Shown: in pieces, positions 50,934-62,115 of the stretch
How the letters are laid out: every line of letters begins with the position of its first letter
Numbering within the stretch: the stretch's first letter is position 1
Source of the DNA: an uncultured Actinomyces sp.
Lineage (GTDB): Bacteria > Actinomycetota > Actinomycetes > Actinomycetales > Actinomycetaceae
Length of the DNA: 64,000 bases
Assembly: GCA_964345595.1 (NCBI GenBank)
Contig: CAYFRL010000001.1
Location: 48,818 to 112,817 of the forward strand
Reading direction: 5' to 3'
The notes under the pieces: generated by a model
The model's database searches: none
What the model was told of the DNA's origin: nothing
Seen by the model: the letters and a program-made list of their open reading frames with translations, nothing else
Made by a program: the position numbers and the translations under genes

Positions 50934-52478
50934 CTAGTCCGGACTCTGATTAGCCTTTCCAAGTTGCCGGGCGAGGCCGTCGTCAACTCTAGCGATGATG
51001 TGAATGCCGCTTTCTGTCCATTCTTCCTCCAGAACCTCGCCCTGCTCGTGAGCTCTGGAAAGGAGCGAGGCCTCGTCAAACGGGATCAGAACGTCTAGCA
51101 GAACTTGGGGGCGAGGTAACAGATCGGCGATCAGTTCCCGCAGCTCCTCCACCCCGGCTCCTGTTCGCGCCGAGACAACAGCGGATTCGGGAAACGCGGC
51201 CCGTAGTCCGGCCAGCCGCTCAGGGGTCGCCAAGTCCGCCTTGTTCAGAACGATTAGCTCTGTGATTTCATCGGCTCCCTCCACTTCTTGAAGGACAGCC
51301 CTGACAGCTTCAACTTGTCCCTGCGGATCAGGGTGTGCGGCATCCACCACATGGAGCAGCAGATCGGCCTCTGAGGCTTCTTCGATCGTCGAGCGGAATG
51401 CTTCCACCAAGTGGGTGGGCAAATTCCTGACAAAGCCAACGGTGTCGGTCAACGTGTAAACCCGGCCATCCGGCGTGACGGCCCTACGCACCGTTGGGTC
51501 TAGGGTCGCAAAAAGCGCGTCCTCGACCAGCACCCCGGCGTCCGTCAGTCGGTTCAGCAGCGAAGACTTCCCCGCGTTCGTGTAACCGACTATTGCCACC
51601 GACGGGATCTTCCCGCGTCGGCGTTGAGCACGCCTGTGCTGGCGCGCCGGCCCAAGTCCGGCAAGCTGCCTGCGCAAGCGGGCCATCCGGGTCCTAATCC
51701 GCCGCCTATCCAGCTCTATTTTGGTCTCACCAGGTCCCCTGGATCCGATTCCCGCGCCACCGGCGACCCGGCCCCCCGCCTGCCTCGACATCGATTCGCC
51801 CCAGCCGCGCAGGCGCGGCAGTAGGTATTCAAGCTGAGCTAGCTCAACTTGAGCCTTGCCCTCTCGAGATTTGGCATGCTGCGCAAAAATATCCAGAATG
51901 ACGGCGGTACGGTCCACTACCTTCACTCGAACGACGTCTTCCAATGCGCGTCTTTGAGACGGAGACAGCTCTCCGTCAACAATCACCGTGTCAGCGCCCA
52001 GACTCTTCACAAGACCCGCAAGCTCCGCTGCTTTACCGCGGCCAAGATACGTGCTGGTATCCGGCGTTTCCCTGCTCTGCAACACGTAGTCCAAGACTTG
52101 AGCGCCCGCAGTCTCAGAAAGCGCGCGCAGCTCCCGAAGAGAATCTTCGGCCTGCTGTTTTGTACCGGTCAGATGGAGACCGACCAGCACAACCCTCTCC
52201 AACCGGATTTGGCGGTACTCAACCTCTGACACGTCTTCCAACTCCGTGGAGAGGCTGGCGCCACGCCTTGTCGCATCTCTTGCCTCCCGCTCAATGAGGG
52301 ACGTATCTCCACCTTCTTCGGCCCCTAGCTCCGTCTGTTCGGCCGTGGACTGAAGCGCGGTGCCACGTCGAGCCAGGACTCTCTCCGCAATCTTTTCTGC
52401 CCTGGCAGAGTCATCTTCGTGCCCCTCGAAGCGGGGACCATCCTCCGCACTTTCCATGTCAACGGTCCTTTCTTCCAC
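50934..52478 (-). CDS. hflX: GTPase HflX
   Basis: 514 aa; HflX N-terminal domain, G1 GYTNAGKSSLLN, G3 DTVGF, G4 NKAD. Confidence 0.9.
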   Translation of the reverse strand: MEERTVDMESAEDGPRFEGHEDDSARAEKIAERVLARRGTALQSTAEQTELGAEEGGDTSLIEREARDATRRGASLSTELEDVSEVEYRQIRLERVVLVGLHLTGTKQQAEDSLRELRALSETAGAQVLDYVLQSRETPDTSTYLGRGKAAELAGLVKSLGADTVIVDGELSPSQRRALEDVVRVKVVDRTAVILDIFAQHAKSREGKAQVELAQLEYLLPRLRGWGESMSRQAGGRVAGGAGIGSRGPGETKIELDRRRIRTRMARLRRQLAGLGPARQHRRAQRRRGKIPSVAIVGYTNAGKSSLLNRLTDAGVLVEDALFATLDPTVRRAVTPDGRVYTLTDTVGFVRNLPTHLVEAFRSTIEEASEADLLLHVVDAAHPDPQGQVEAVRAVLQEVEGADEITELIVLNKADLATPERLAGLRAAFPESAVVSARTGAGVEELRELIADLLPRPQVLLDVLIPFDEASLLSRAHEQGEVLEEEWTESGIHIIARVDDGLARQLGKANQSPD

Positions 52479-52643
52479 TTGTGCACTTACAACCAGCTTG
52501 CCATCTCGCAGCTTGATAGTCTCCAGCGCCAGTGCATTTAGCGTTGCCGGACCCAGTCAGGCACTGCGCCGCGCAGTTGAGTATTTGCCCAGCGGCCCCG
52601 GTGCCCGGCAGCCCAGCAGTTTCGTTTCCGCTACTCTTTACCT

Positions 52644-53276
52644 GTGACTGAGCACTACTTCTCCACCGATCATGGGCCTGAACCTGCCGAGAAAAGGTTA
52701 CTGCGCATCGATGTCCGCGGACGCGACTTGCAAATGTGGGTGAGCGATCGTGTCTTTTCCACCACTCGGCTAGACCCGGGCACCAAAGAACTTCTGAAGG
52801 TGTTGCCAAGCCCGCCTGAGCAAGGGACGTTTTTGGATCTTGGCTGTGGTTGGGGTCCGGTCGCGGTGTCCCTAGCGCTCGAGCGGCCAGAGGCTTCGGT
52901 GTGGGCCGTCGATGTAAACCAGCGCGCCCTTACGCTCACGCTGCAGAACGCTGAAACCAACGGTGCACCAAATGTTCGAGTGATGGACGCTGCCCAAGCG
53001 CTTGAAGAGGCGCGCAGCACCGGGAAGCGGTTTGATCTAATCGTCTCCAACCCGCCGGTGCGGATCGGTAAGTCGGCAATGCACGACATGCTTAGCGCCT
53101 GGCTCGAACTTTTGCGCTCCGGCGGTGAAGCCTGGCTGGTTATCGGCAAGAACTTGGGCGGTGACTCGCTGCTGAAGTGGCTCATTAGTGAAGGTTTTGC
53201 TGCGGAAAAAGTTGCTTCGCGCAAGGGCTACCGTATCATCCGCGTTGCGGCCGACCCGAGGCCGCTTGTTCAATGA
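52644..53276 (+). CDS. Class I SAM-dependent methyltransferase (RsmC/RlmG-like small MTase domain)
   Basis: 210 aa; DLGCGWGPV SAM loop and NPPVRIGK (NPPx) motif. GTG start without an obvious SD. 41-nt convergent overlap with miaA. Confidence 0.72.
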   Translation: MTEHYFSTDHGPEPAEKRLLRIDVRGRDLQMWVSDRVFSTTRLDPGTKELLKVLPSPPEQGTFLDLGCGWGPVAVSLALERPEASVWAVDVNQRALTLTLQNAETNGAPNVRVMDAAQALEEARSTGKRFDLIVSNPPVRIGKSAMHDMLSAWLELLRSGGEAWLVIGKNLGGDSLLKWLISEGFAAEKVASRKGYRIIRVAADPRPLVQ

Positions 53277-54174
53277 TTCTCAGCGCCTTTTGCTCACTGG
53301 CCGGGCCGGGCGGCAACCAGATGATGCGGGGGTCACGCCTGAACCATTTCAGTTGCCTACGGGCAAGTTGGCGGGTTGCTAGCGCGACTCTGTCCACAGC
53401 ATCTTCCACCGTCATGCTTCCGGCTACAACAGCAAGAGCTTCTGCATAGCCGGTTGCGCGCGCGGCCGTTCTCCCAAACTTGCGTCCCTCAGCTAAAAGG
53501 GAGTGGGTTTCTTCCAAGATGCCCCCGGCGAACATATGTCTTGTCCTAGCGCTAATGCGCGAGTCAAGGTCGTCTAGGTCCCAGTCAAGAGCGAATTGCA
53601 CCGTGGGAGTGAAGTGATATTCGAGCTTTGGCAGGGTTGCGCTAAAGGGACGTCCTGTTATTGAAATGACCTCAAGTGCACGGAGTATACGGCGCTCGTT
53701 GTTGGGGTGGATCACCGCGGCGGCGTCTGCATCCAGGCGCCGCAGTTCTTCGTACATGGCTGCGGTTCCTTCAAGTTCTGCTCTGGCGACTAGACCGGCT
53801 CGAACAGCGGGGTCCGTGCCCGGAAAATCCAGACGATCTAGAAGCGCGCGGACGTAGAGTCCCGAACCGCCCACCGCTATCAGCTGCTGCCCCAATGCGC
53901 GGCGCCCACTCAAGACGTCCCGCGCCTGCTTCTGGTACGAGGCGACCGAGGCTTCTTCGTGCACTTCCAGGACGTCAAACAGAAGGTGTGGCACGCCCCG
54001 GCGCTGCGCCACTGGCGTCTTGGCGGTCCCGATGTCCAAACCGCGGTAGAGCTGCATCGAGTCCGCGTTCAATATAGCGCAGTGGGAATCAAGGTTCACT
54101 GCCAGGTGCAGAGCGAAATCTGATTTTCCAGACGCTGTCGGCCCGACTACGGCAACGACGGGTTTACCGGACAT
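53236..54174 (-). CDS. miaA: tRNA dimethylallyltransferase
   Basis: MSGKPVVAVVGPTASGKS P-loop start at the ATG at 54174, 11 nt after the miaB stop; the ORF-track extension to 54264 was rejected. Confidence 0.9.
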   Translation of the reverse strand: MSGKPVVAVVGPTASGKSDFALHLAVNLDSHCAILNADSMQLYRGLDIGTAKTPVAQRRGVPHLLFDVLEVHEEASVASYQKQARDVLSGRRALGQQLIAVGGSGLYVRALLDRLDFPGTDPAVRAGLVARAELEGTAAMYEELRRLDADAAAVIHPNNERRILRALEVISITGRPFSATLPKLEYHFTPTVQFALDWDLDDLDSRISARTRHMFAGGILEETHSLLAEGRKFGRTAARATGYAEALAVVAGSMTVEDAVDRVALATRQLARRQLKWFRRDPRIIWLPPGPASEQKALRIIEQAASGRPQRG

Positions 54175-54185
54175 GGCGCATGCGC

Positions 54186-55709
54186 CTATCGGACCCGCAA
54201 TGTCGGAAGACCCAGTTGGACAACGTTCATATCTTCCGAGTGTGAGGCGTTTCTTTCTTCCCATAGGTCGCCCGCCCGCGTCTTTCTCACCGCAAAGTGT
54301 CCGCCTGAGCCGAGAGCGGAGTCGGCGAGCAGGTAATGGGGGGCTCCGTACGTTACCGTGGCCGACACCATGTCGCCAGGTCGCGGGTCCTTTCCATCCG
54401 GCACCGCGAAGTGGACCAACCTGTTGTCTGCGGCGCGCCCTGAGAGGCGTCTGGTCGCCCCATCTTTGCGTCCTTCACCTTCAGAGACCAGAACCTCAAC
54501 TCGTTTGCCCACTTGATCCCTGTTTTCTTCAAGGGATATCTGCTTTTGCAGTTCGATTAGACGCTGGTATCGTTCCGCCATTACGTCGTCTGGGATCAGG
54601 TCCTGCCGATCCGCGGCCGGGGTGCCGGGACGCGGTGAATACTGGAACGTGAAGGCGGACGCAAAACGCACTTCCCGCATGACCTCCATAGTCTGCTCGA
54701 AGTCCGCATCGGTCTCGCCCGGGAAACCGACGATGATGTCGGTGGTGATGGCTGCCTCTGGAATCTCTTCGCGCACTTTGTCTATGATTCTCTCAAACCG
54801 AGCGCGCCTGTATGACCGGCGCATCTCTCGAAGTACTTTGTCTGAACCCGATTGCAGCGGCATGTGCAGCGACGGCATAACGGTTGGGGTTTGCGCCATC
54901 GCCTCAATAACATCATCCGTAAAAGCTGCCGGGTGAGGAGACGTGAAGCGTAGCCTTTCCAAACCGGGTGTCATCCCTGCAGCGCGCAGCAATCCTGCGA
55001 ACGCGCCGCGCTCCCCGAAGCTCACGCCATAGGAGTTCACGTTCTGCCCAAGTAGAGTAACTTCGATTGCGCCTTGATCAACGACGGCGCTAACTTCCGC
55101 CAAGATCTCTGGGGGTCTGCGATCGCGCTCCCTGCCGCGAAGGCGCGGGACGATGCAGAACGTGCAGGTGTTGTTACACCCGACGGAGATCGAAACCCAA
55201 GCTGCGTACACCGATTCTCTGCGCGTGGGCAAAGTAGATGGGAAGACTTTCAGTGACTCTTCTATCTCGACAGCCGCTTCCTGGTTGTGCTCAGCACGTC
55301 GCAGTAGCGCCGGCAGCACGTCCAGGTTGTGTGTTCCAAAGACAGCGTCCACCCAGGGCGCGCGATCAACGATTCCCTGCCTCATCTGCTGAGCCAAACA
55401 GCCGCCGACCGCAATCTGCATGCCGGGGCGCTCTCGCTTTATCGCGGCAAGCTGTCCCAGGTTTCCGAACAACCGGTTGGCGGCGTTCTCCCTTACGGAA
55501 CACGTGTTTAGAACGACCACGTCTGCGCCCATGTCCCCCGCATCTGTCGCCCTCGCTGCGGCGTGTGGCACGCTCGCCACCGGCACCAGGCCAGTCTCTT
55601 CAAGCAGACCAGCGATGCGTTCAGAATCGTGTTCGTTCATCTGGCAGCCAAGCGTGCGCACTGCGTAGGTGCGCGGCTCTGGCGCCGACTGCAATTTGTT
55701 AGTGTCCAT
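54186..55709 (-). CDS. miaB: tRNA-i6A37 methylthiotransferase MiaB
   Basis: UPF0004 N-domain ([13 protein letters not shown]), radical-SAM CNNTCTFC, C-terminal TRAM. ATG at 55709 preferred over the longer ORF to 55775. Confidence 0.9.
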   Translation of the reverse strand: MDTNKLQSAPEPRTYAVRTLGCQMNEHDSERIAGLLEETGLVPVASVPHAAARATDAGDMGADVVVLNTCSVRENAANRLFGNLGQLAAIKRERPGMQIAVGGCLAQQMRQGIVDRAPWVDAVFGTHNLDVLPALLRRAEHNQEAAVEIEESLKVFPSTLPTRRESVYAAWVSISVGCNNTCTFCIVPRLRGRERDRRPPEILAEVSAVVDQGAIEVTLLGQNVNSYGVSFGERGAFAGLLRAAGMTPGLERLRFTSPHPAAFTDDVIEAMAQTPTVMPSLHMPLQSGSDKVLREMRRSYRRARFERIIDKVREEIPEAAITTDIIVGFPGETDADFEQTMEVMREVRFASAFTFQYSPRPGTPAADRQDLIPDDVMAERYQRLIELQKQISLEENRDQVGKRVEVLVSEGEGRKDGATRRLSGRAADNRLVHFAVPDGKDPRPGDMVSATVTYGAPHYLLADSALGSGGHFAVRKTRAGDLWEERNASHSEDMNVVQLGLPTLRVR

Positions 55710-55743
55710 CCCCAGGAAGTCTAGTGCCCTTTTCAGATGACAC

Positions 55744-56229
55744 TCAACTGAGCCCACCGCCCAAGAAGTCACCAAGCAGCTGCAAGGATGCCTCCACCGT
55801 GAGTTCCCTAATCTGCTGCCGGGAGCCCTTCAAATGCAACTCTTGTGTCTTCGCGACACCGGGTCCCGCTAGACAGATGTGGACGGTACCCGCAGGATGC
55901 CCCTCTGCCGGACCGGGGCCCGCTACACCCGTTGTGGACATCGCCACGTCCGCACCAAATAGTTCCTGTACCCCCAGTGCCATTTGCAGAGCGACTTCTG
56001 CCTGCACTGTGCCGCCGCTTTCAATCAGTTGAGAGCTGACGCCCAGCACCGACACTTTTGACTCTGCGCTGTAGGTGGTGACGCCTCCCTTGTATACGTC
56101 GGATGCGCCCGAAACGGAAACGATCGCGGCACTAAGGGCGCCGCCCGTCAAAGACTCTGCGACCGCTAGGCTCAGACCCCTGTTGCGCAGCCCACCGATC
56201 AGGGCCGCCAACATGCTGCCCTCATTCAT
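55744..56229 (-). CDS. CinA C-terminal domain protein (nicotinamide-nucleotide amidase PncC-like)
   Basis: [13 protein letters not shown]...TGVAGPGP motifs of the CinA_C domain, with no MoCF N-domain. ATG at 56229 overlaps the recX stop (ATGAATGA). Confidence 0.8.
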   Translation of the reverse strand: MNEGSMLAALIGGLRNRGLSLAVAESLTGGALSAAIVSVSGASDVYKGGVTTYSAESKVSVLGVSSQLIESGGTVQAEVALQMALGVQELFGADVAMSTTGVAGPGPAEGHPAGTVHICLAGPGVAKTQELHLKGSRQQIRELTVEASLQLLGDFLGGGLS

Positions 56230-56758
56230 AAACAGCTCCCTCGTTCGTGCTGCCCCGATCAAGTTCGAGGGCGCTCTCGACTTCGCGCACAGCTGAGAAG
56301 CAGATGTCCTGGGGGAAACCCCTGCGGGAGAGGAACGCAAGCGTCCTCCGCCAACGGACATCTTTTTCCGCCCCTGCGAGCGGGCGCATTTTCTTTTCCG
56401 CCAGTTGCAACGCCCTGGAGAATTCGTCCTCTTGAGAAACCGCACCCAAGGCGCCCGCAATCAGTTCTTCTGAGATGCCTCTCTTGGAAAGTTGCCGGGT
56501 AAGTTCCCGCTGGGAAGCCAACCGGCTTCGCAGAAACGACTCGGCGAACTCGCGGGCGAACGCTCCGTCATCAATCAGTCCGGCTCCCTGAAGTCGTTCA
56601 ACGGTGGTCTGAACTTCCTCAGCGGTAAAGCCGCGGCGCGACAACTTCTGCTCAATCTCATATTGCGAGTGCGCCCGCACCCCCAGGTATCTGAGCGCGG
56701 AATCCCAGGGGGTCGGACCGGGGCGGTGCGCTTTAGAATCCGGCTTCGGCTGACTCAT
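56222..56758 (-). CDS. recX: RecA regulator RecX
   Basis: 178 aa helical-repeat protein ([24 protein letters not shown]...); 26-nt overlap with the 3' end of recA, as in mycobacteria. Confidence 0.85.
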   Translation of the reverse strand: MSQPKPDSKAHRPGPTPWDSALRYLGVRAHSQYEIEQKLSRRGFTAEEVQTTVERLQGAGLIDDGAFAREFAESFLRSRLASQRELTRQLSKRGISEELIAGALGAVSQEDEFSRALQLAEKKMRPLAGAEKDVRWRRTLAFLSRRGFPQDICFSAVREVESALELDRGSTNEGAVYE

Positions 56759-57839
56759 CTACGGCTTCGACCTTTTTAGTCTGCTTCTCGACCGGCTCTG
56801 CTTCTTCGGCGGCCGGAACTATTCCAAGCTCCGTCAGAATGTGCGCTTCAATTTCGTCTGCCAGCTGTGGGTTATCTACCAGGAATTGGCGAACGTTTTC
56901 TTTGCCCTGCCCAAGCTGGTCTTTTCCGTACGTAAACCAAGAACCGGACTTCCGCACGACCCCGCACTCAACGCCCATATCAATGATCGAACCCTCGCGA
57001 GAAACGCCCTTACCGTAAATAATGTCGAACTCGGCCTGCTTAAACGGAGGTGCCATTTTGTTCTTGACAATCTTCGCCCGCGTCCGGTTGCCCACCGGCT
57101 GCCCGGCCTCTTTTAAGGTTTCGATTCGACGGACGTCGATGCGGACCGAAGAGTAGAACTTTAGCGCTTTGCCACCCGTGGTGGTCTCCGGAGAGCCGAA
57201 AAAGACGCCGATTTTCTCACGAAGCTGGTTGATGAAAATGGCGGTTGTACCAGTAGCCGATAGCGCACCGGTGATCTTCCGGAGTGCCTGACTCATGAGG
57301 CGAGCCTGAAGTCCAACATGCGAGTCCCCCATGTCTCCTTCAATTTCGGCTTTGGGGACAAGAGCAGCAACTGAGTCGATAACTATAAGATCGATACCGC
57401 CCGACCGGACCAGCATGTCAGCGATCTCCAGTGCCTGCTCTCCCGTATCCGGTTGAGAGACCAGCAGGTCATCGGTATTTACGCCAAGAGCCTGGGCGTA
57501 GATGGGATCAAGCGCGTGCTCTGCATCAATAAAGGCCGCGTTGCCACCCTCTTTTTGTACGCTTGCCACAGCATGTAGCGCTACGGTTGTTTTTCCGGAC
57601 GCCTCAGGACCGTAAACTTCAACGATCCGGCCCCTAGGTAAACCCCCAATTCCAAGGGCGACGTCGAGAGCCAAAGACCCGGTTGGAATCACCTGTACGG
57701 GCGGGCGGATGTCGTCGCCCAAACGCATGATGGACCCTTTGCCAAACTGCCTGTCTATTTGCGCTAACGCTAAATCAAGGGCCTTATCCCGATCTTGCCC
57801 AAGATTAACGGTCTTGCGCGCAGTCTTTTCACGTGCCAC
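56733..57839 (-). CDS. recA: Recombinase RecA
   Basis: 368 aa; Walker [10 protein letters not shown] and the L1/L2 loops; no intein. GTG start after GAGGAG. Confidence 0.97.
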   Translation of the reverse strand: MAREKTARKTVNLGQDRDKALDLALAQIDRQFGKGSIMRLGDDIRPPVQVIPTGSLALDVALGIGGLPRGRIVEVYGPEASGKTTVALHAVASVQKEGGNAAFIDAEHALDPIYAQALGVNTDDLLVSQPDTGEQALEIADMLVRSGGIDLIVIDSVAALVPKAEIEGDMGDSHVGLQARLMSQALRKITGALSATGTTAIFINQLREKIGVFFGSPETTTGGKALKFYSSVRIDVRRIETLKEAGQPVGNRTRAKIVKNKMAPPFKQAEFDIIYGKGVSREGSIIDMGVECGVVRKSGSWFTYGKDQLGQGKENVRQFLVDNPQLADEIEAHILTELGIVPAAEEAEPVEKQTKKVEAVDESAEAGF

Positions 57840-57920
57840 TTCTTCTCCTCAATCAGGGCCTCTCCGACCCAGGGTTCTGCTGGCCTCCATGGCGGTTCCC
57901 CTCTCCGAGGAACACCAGCA

Positions 57921-57943
57921 ACCGTATGCCCGGCCACCGACAA
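57921..57943 (-). promoter_or_regulatory. RecA-NDp-type (PafBC-dependent) promoter motif
   Basis: Minus strand: TTGTCGGTG (57943-57935), 8 nt, TACGGT (57926-57921). This is an exact fit to the mycobacterial tTGTCRgtg-N8-TAnnnT motif, about 80 nt upstream of the recA start. Confidence 0.55.
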
Positions 57944-58004
57944 GTGAAAAACGGACTCCCTGAATTGTGGAAAACTAGAGGCGTTCTTCTTGGTTGCAAA
58001 ACAA

Positions 58005-58033
58005 ATTCTACTAGAACACTCGTTCGCATCCAA
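58005..58033 (-). promoter_or_regulatory. LexA-controlled recA promoter (SOS box inside the spacer)
   Basis: Minus strand: TTGGAT (58033-58028), 17-nt spacer GCGAACGAGTGTTCTAG containing GAAC-N4-GTTC (58025-58014), then TAGAAT (58010-58005). Confidence 0.6.
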
Positions 58034-58052
58034 ACGCTACACGCGCTCATCC

Positions 58053-58292
58053 CTAGAACGGAGCTGGGCCTGTTCGCCGCTTCTTGGCGCGCCTATGAAC
58101 CCAACGAAGCGACGGATCCGCGCCCGACTCTTCAATCAGCGCCTCCCAAACCCGCTCCGGATCGACCCCATTTTCCAGGGCCTCCACAGCGGTCGCGTCT
58201 ACGGCTAGCAGGTAGAGGTCGGCCGCAAGAGAATGCCCCGGGGCTGGCCCAAAGGCCAGCTCCAGGGCTTCCCAGAACTCAGATCGACGCAC
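58053..58292 (-). CDS. DUF3046 family protein
   Basis: 79 aa MRRSEFWEALELAFGP...; small conserved actinobacterial ORF typically found just upstream of recA. Confidence 0.7.
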   Translation of the reverse strand: MRRSEFWEALELAFGPAPGHSLAADLYLLAVDATAVEALENGVDPERVWEALIEESGADPSLRWVHRRAKKRRTGPAPF

Positions 58293-58298
58293 CGCTAG

Positions 58299-58613
58299 CT
58301 AACTCAGTAGCGTCACGGGCATTAGATTCTCTGGCACCGTGTCAGGTACCTCTGTGCCATCGAGGATGGCTAGGCGGTCAGATACTTCCCGCAGTACGAA
58401 CCACATGGGCGCTCCGAGTGAAGAGCAAATTGCTTCTAGCAACTCCGAAGACGCTTCCTTTTGTCCCCGCTCGACTTCCGAAAGGTAGCCGAGAGAGACC
58501 TGCGCAGAGGACGACACCTCTCGAAGTGTCCTGCCCTGCGATTGGCGCAGCGACCGGAGCACCTCCCCAAGCTCAGCCCGCAAAAGTGGCGGTTCCTTCG
58601 TGAATATAGTCAT
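58299..58613 (-). CDS. clgR: XRE-family HTH regulator (ClgR-like)
   Basis: [41 protein letters not shown] is a Cro/C1 HTH closely resembling ClgR; pgsA-clgR-recA synteny. Start chosen at the ATG at 58613; the ATG at 58712 is an alternative. Confidence 0.7.
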   Translation of the reverse strand: MTIFTKEPPLLRAELGEVLRSLRQSQGRTLREVSSSAQVSLGYLSEVERGQKEASSELLEAICSSLGAPMWFVLREVSDRLAILDGTEVPDTVPENLMPVTLLS

Positions 58614-58768
58614 GTTTCCAGCGTAGCGTGAATTCTTACCAGGGTCATTCTGCCGGTTGTTTGTGGACACCGGCCCAGCAACCCGATTATTTACAACCCT
58701 TTTTGTCTTCATACTCACTCTCAACGCTAGGCTTCTGGGTCCTATTCCCCACAGAGCCGAAACGTGAG

Positions 58769-59383
58769 CTAACTGACTCTCTCTTTTCCGGCTCGAATTG
58801 CCGCAACCAAATACTGCCAACCTGAGACCAGTGTGATCCCCAGGGTGACGACGCCAAGAATCACGAACACCCAGTTAAGTGCGGAAAGCACAGCTGCGTT
58901 CTGGATGAAAGAACTCCACGGAACCAGCATGAGGGTGATCATCAGTATCTGCAGCACTGTCTTCAGTTTTCCGCCTGAGCTAGCTGCCACGACCGTCCCA
59001 CGTCCGCGAAGGATCTCTCGGAGAATGGTTATGCCGACCTCCCGGATCGTCACCAGAATCGTGAACGTCCACATCCAGGGGGACCCGGTGCCTATAGAGA
59101 TGAGGAAGAAAGCTGAGAGCGTAAGGGCCTTATCGGCCAGGGGATCAGCCAGCCGACCAAAATCTGTGATCAGATTCCACTTGCGTGCCAAATGGCCGTC
59201 CAACTGATCGGTGAAAGCGGCGGCTATGAATATGGCAAGAGCCCACCACTTGGCGTTCGTCGTGCCCAGCAAGTAAACCCAGATGAACACCGGCACAAGC
59301 AAGATTCTGAGCACCGTCAATGCGTTTGGGAGGTTCAGGAGCGGCACCTGCGCCTGCTCGTTCGGTTCCATCGTGTTCTCCAT
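58769..59383 (-). CDS. pgsA: CDP-diacylglycerol--glycerol-3-phosphate 3-phosphatidyltransferase
   Basis: 204 aa; CDP-alcohol phosphatidyltransferase motif [10 protein letters not shown]...DPLADK; several TM segments. Confidence 0.88.
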   Translation of the reverse strand: MENTMEPNEQAQVPLLNLPNALTVLRILLVPVFIWVYLLGTTNAKWWALAIFIAAAFTDQLDGHLARKWNLITDFGRLADPLADKALTLSAFFLISIGTGSPWMWTFTILVTIREVGITILREILRGRGTVVAASSGGKLKTVLQILMITLMLVPWSSFIQNAAVLSALNWVFVILGVVTLGITLVSGWQYLVAAIRAGKERVS

Positions 59384-59416
59384 CTTCCCCGCTACGTGTC
59401 GCGCCTACAACGCGGT

Positions 59417-62017
59417 CTAGTCCCCTACGCTACCGCTTATTGCAGAGATAGGCGCCGTCTCGATGTCGCTATGACCGCCCTCGTCTTCAACCAGCACTGC
59501 AGGAACTGGGGTGGCAGGCTCAACCCGATCGGTCTCACCACGAAGCAGCGCCAGGACTCCTGGGAGTTCCTCAGGCTGCACCAACACATCCCGGGCCTTT
59601 GATCCTTGAGATGGCCCAACGACGTCTCTGGACTCCAAGAGATCCATTAGCCGCCCGGCCCGCGCGAATCCAATCCTAAGCTTCCGTTGCAGCATTGATG
59701 TCGAACCGAGTTGGGTCGAAATGACCAGCTCGGCGGCCGCCAAGAGATCATCTAGATCATCACCGATGTCTTCTGCGACCTTCGCAACCTTCGGCGGCTC
59801 TATAACGTCTTCTCTGTACTCCGGCTGCATCTGGCTCTTGGCGACTTCGACGATGCGGGCTATCTCGCTCTCTTCTACCCAGGCGCCTTGGACGCGCAAC
59901 GGCTTGTTCATGCCAGAGGGAAGGTAGAGGGCGTCGCCTTGACCAATGAGCTTTTCCGCGCCCGGCTGATCCAGAATCACCCGGGAGTCCGCAAGAGCAG
60001 ATGTAGCAAAGGCCAGACGTGACGGTACGTTTGCTTTAATCAACCCGGTAACCACGTCGACGGAGGGTCGCTGGGTAGCCAAAACCAAGTGAATACCGGC
60101 GGCCCGCGCAAGTTGGGTGATTCGCTGCACCGACGCCTCGACGTCTCGAGGCGCAATCATCATTAGATCGGCGAGTTCGTCGACCACTACCAGCAGGTAC
60201 GGATATGGCCTCAGCTTCCGATTTGAACCCGCAGGAACGTTTACTCTCCCCGCGATGACGGCTTTGTTGAAGTCGTCCACGTGTTTGAAACCATAGTCAG
60301 CTAGATCGTTGTACCGGGCATCCATCTCTCGAACGACCCATTCCAGCGCCTCGGACGCCTTTTTTGGGTCGGTGATGATTGGGGTAACCAGGTGGGGAAT
60401 CCCCTCATAAATGGTCAATTCGACACGCTTCGGATCGATCAGAATCATGCGGACCTGCTGCGGGGTGGCGCGAGTCAGAATTGACACGATCATCGAGTTT
60501 ATGAAGCTGGATTTGCCCGATCCTGTCTGCCCAGCGACCAATAGGTGAGGCGTTCGCGACAGGTTCGTGACGACGTAGCTCCCCTCAACATCCTTCCCCA
60601 TGCCAACAAGTAATGGGTGAGGGTTTCTGTGAGCTGCGGTAGAGCGAAGGACATCGCCAAGGGCGACGGTTTCGCGGTCGGCATTTGGAATTTCAATTCC
60701 AATAGCCGATTTTCCCGGGATAGGAGACAGAATCCTGACGTCTGCGCTAGCAACTGTATAGGCGATGTTCTTGGAGAGTGCGGTGATTCGCTCGACTTTC
60801 ACGCCTGGGCCAAGGCTCACTTCGTAGCGCGTGACTGTTGGGCCTCTTGAGAAGCCAACGACTTGGGCGTCCACGTCAAACTGGTTTAGAACAGTCTGGA
60901 GGGCTTCCACGACCCTGTCGTTTACCGGAGAGCGTTCCAAGTGCGGCGTGCCCTGATGAAGAAGGTCCGCTGAAGGAACCTTGTATTTTGCTAGTTCCGC
61001 ATCCCGCGCCGCTTCGAGAGGTGAGTTTTCCCAGTCCTGCTCCGCTTCCCAATCCTGCGAAGAATCTTCTCCGATCGAGGAAATTGGGGCCGTATCCGCC
61101 TCTGCTGGGTCGGCCAACAGTGTGGTTTGCGAGGCGACGTTAGGAACAGGGTCCTCCAGGGCCAAATCGAACGGTGCCTTACTCGTCGGCGGATCAAAAG
61201 GTGCGCTGAGAGCACGCGTCGGCCCGGTAACGTCCTGCATCTCGGATGCTGCAGCAGTTAGCCATGCGTCGCCCTCAGATGCCAAGGCGCCAAGGCTTTC
61301 CTCTGCTCCGGACTCTTTGCCTCTGCGAAGACGAAGAATGCCCATCTTCACCAGACCCGGTAGTTCCCTCAGTGGGGTTCTCAAAGCAACCAGAGCGGAA
61401 TAGAAAAACAAGAGGATCAGCACGATCACTGACCCCCACGGGGAGAGTAGCTGTGTCAGCGGGTATCCGATAAACCAGCCCAAGACCCCGCCGGCATCTT
61501 CGATCTGCGTGAACGGCTGCAGAGGAGGGTTACCGCGGCTCACTTGCACCAGTCCGGTCAAGGAAAGCAATACGCCCAGTCCCCCCGCCACCCTGTACGG
61601 CAGCAGTTGGGGCTGTTTTCTAGAGCGAAACAGAGCAACCGCGAAACCGGCCAGAAGAAGTGGTACGGCCACAGCAAAGATGCCAACTGAGCCTGCAACC
61701 AAGTGGTGGATTGCTTCCCCCCCCTGCCCGGAAATGTCAAACCATTCGCGAAGCGCCACAATGGCCGCGAATGCCAGCATCACAAAGGCGAATGCGTCAC
61801 GTTTTAGCTGCGAATTTGTCGATACCCACGCACCGTGAACGGCTGAGAACATGCGAGCAATGCCTCTGCCGATCCTTGTGAAAATTCCGGGTCCGGCGGC
61901 AGCGTCTTTCGTTTTTGGCGTCCCAAGCCCATCGCCAGAGGACCGACCTTTTGTTCTTTGTCCCTTGGCGGCAGTCGGTTCAACTTGACCGGAGTTCTTT
62001 CTATTTCGCACAGCCAT
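59417..62017 (-). CDS. ftsK: DNA translocase FtsK
   Basis: 866 aa; N-terminal TM segments, acidic linker, motor domain with Walker A GQTGSGKS and VVVDELADL, C-terminal gamma winged helix (STSMLQRKLRIGFARAGRLMD). Confidence 0.93.
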   Translation of the reverse strand: MAVRNRKNSGQVEPTAAKGQRTKGRSSGDGLGTPKTKDAAAGPGIFTRIGRGIARMFSAVHGAWVSTNSQLKRDAFAFVMLAFAAIVALREWFDISGQGGEAIHHLVAGSVGIFAVAVPLLLAGFAVALFRSRKQPQLLPYRVAGGLGVLLSLTGLVQVSRGNPPLQPFTQIEDAGGVLGWFIGYPLTQLLSPWGSVIVLILLFFYSALVALRTPLRELPGLVKMGILRLRRGKESGAEESLGALASEGDAWLTAAASEMQDVTGPTRALSAPFDPPTSKAPFDLALEDPVPNVASQTTLLADPAEADTAPISSIGEDSSQDWEAEQDWENSPLEAARDAELAKYKVPSADLLHQGTPHLERSPVNDRVVEALQTVLNQFDVDAQVVGFSRGPTVTRYEVSLGPGVKVERITALSKNIAYTVASADVRILSPIPGKSAIGIEIPNADRETVALGDVLRSTAAHRNPHPLLVGMGKDVEGSYVVTNLSRTPHLLVAGQTGSGKSSFINSMIVSILTRATPQQVRMILIDPKRVELTIYEGIPHLVTPIITDPKKASEALEWVVREMDARYNDLADYGFKHVDDFNKAVIAGRVNVPAGSNRKLRPYPYLLVVVDELADLMMIAPRDVEASVQRITQLARAAGIHLVLATQRPSVDVVTGLIKANVPSRLAFATSALADSRVILDQPGAEKLIGQGDALYLPSGMNKPLRVQGAWVEESEIARIVEVAKSQMQPEYREDVIEPPKVAKVAEDIGDDLDDLLAAAELVISTQLGSTSMLQRKLRIGFARAGRLMDLLESRDVVGPSQGSKARDVLVQPEELPGVLALLRGETDRVEPATPVPAVLVEDEGGHSDIETAPISAISGSVGD

Positions 62018-62115
62018 TTCCTTTTGAGATTACCTTCCGGTCCCTGTTCGAAGGCTCCTCCCACGCCGGTCCCCAGCAACTGTCACCCGGCTTAGTCCCG
62101 CCGCGTCGCCAAAGA

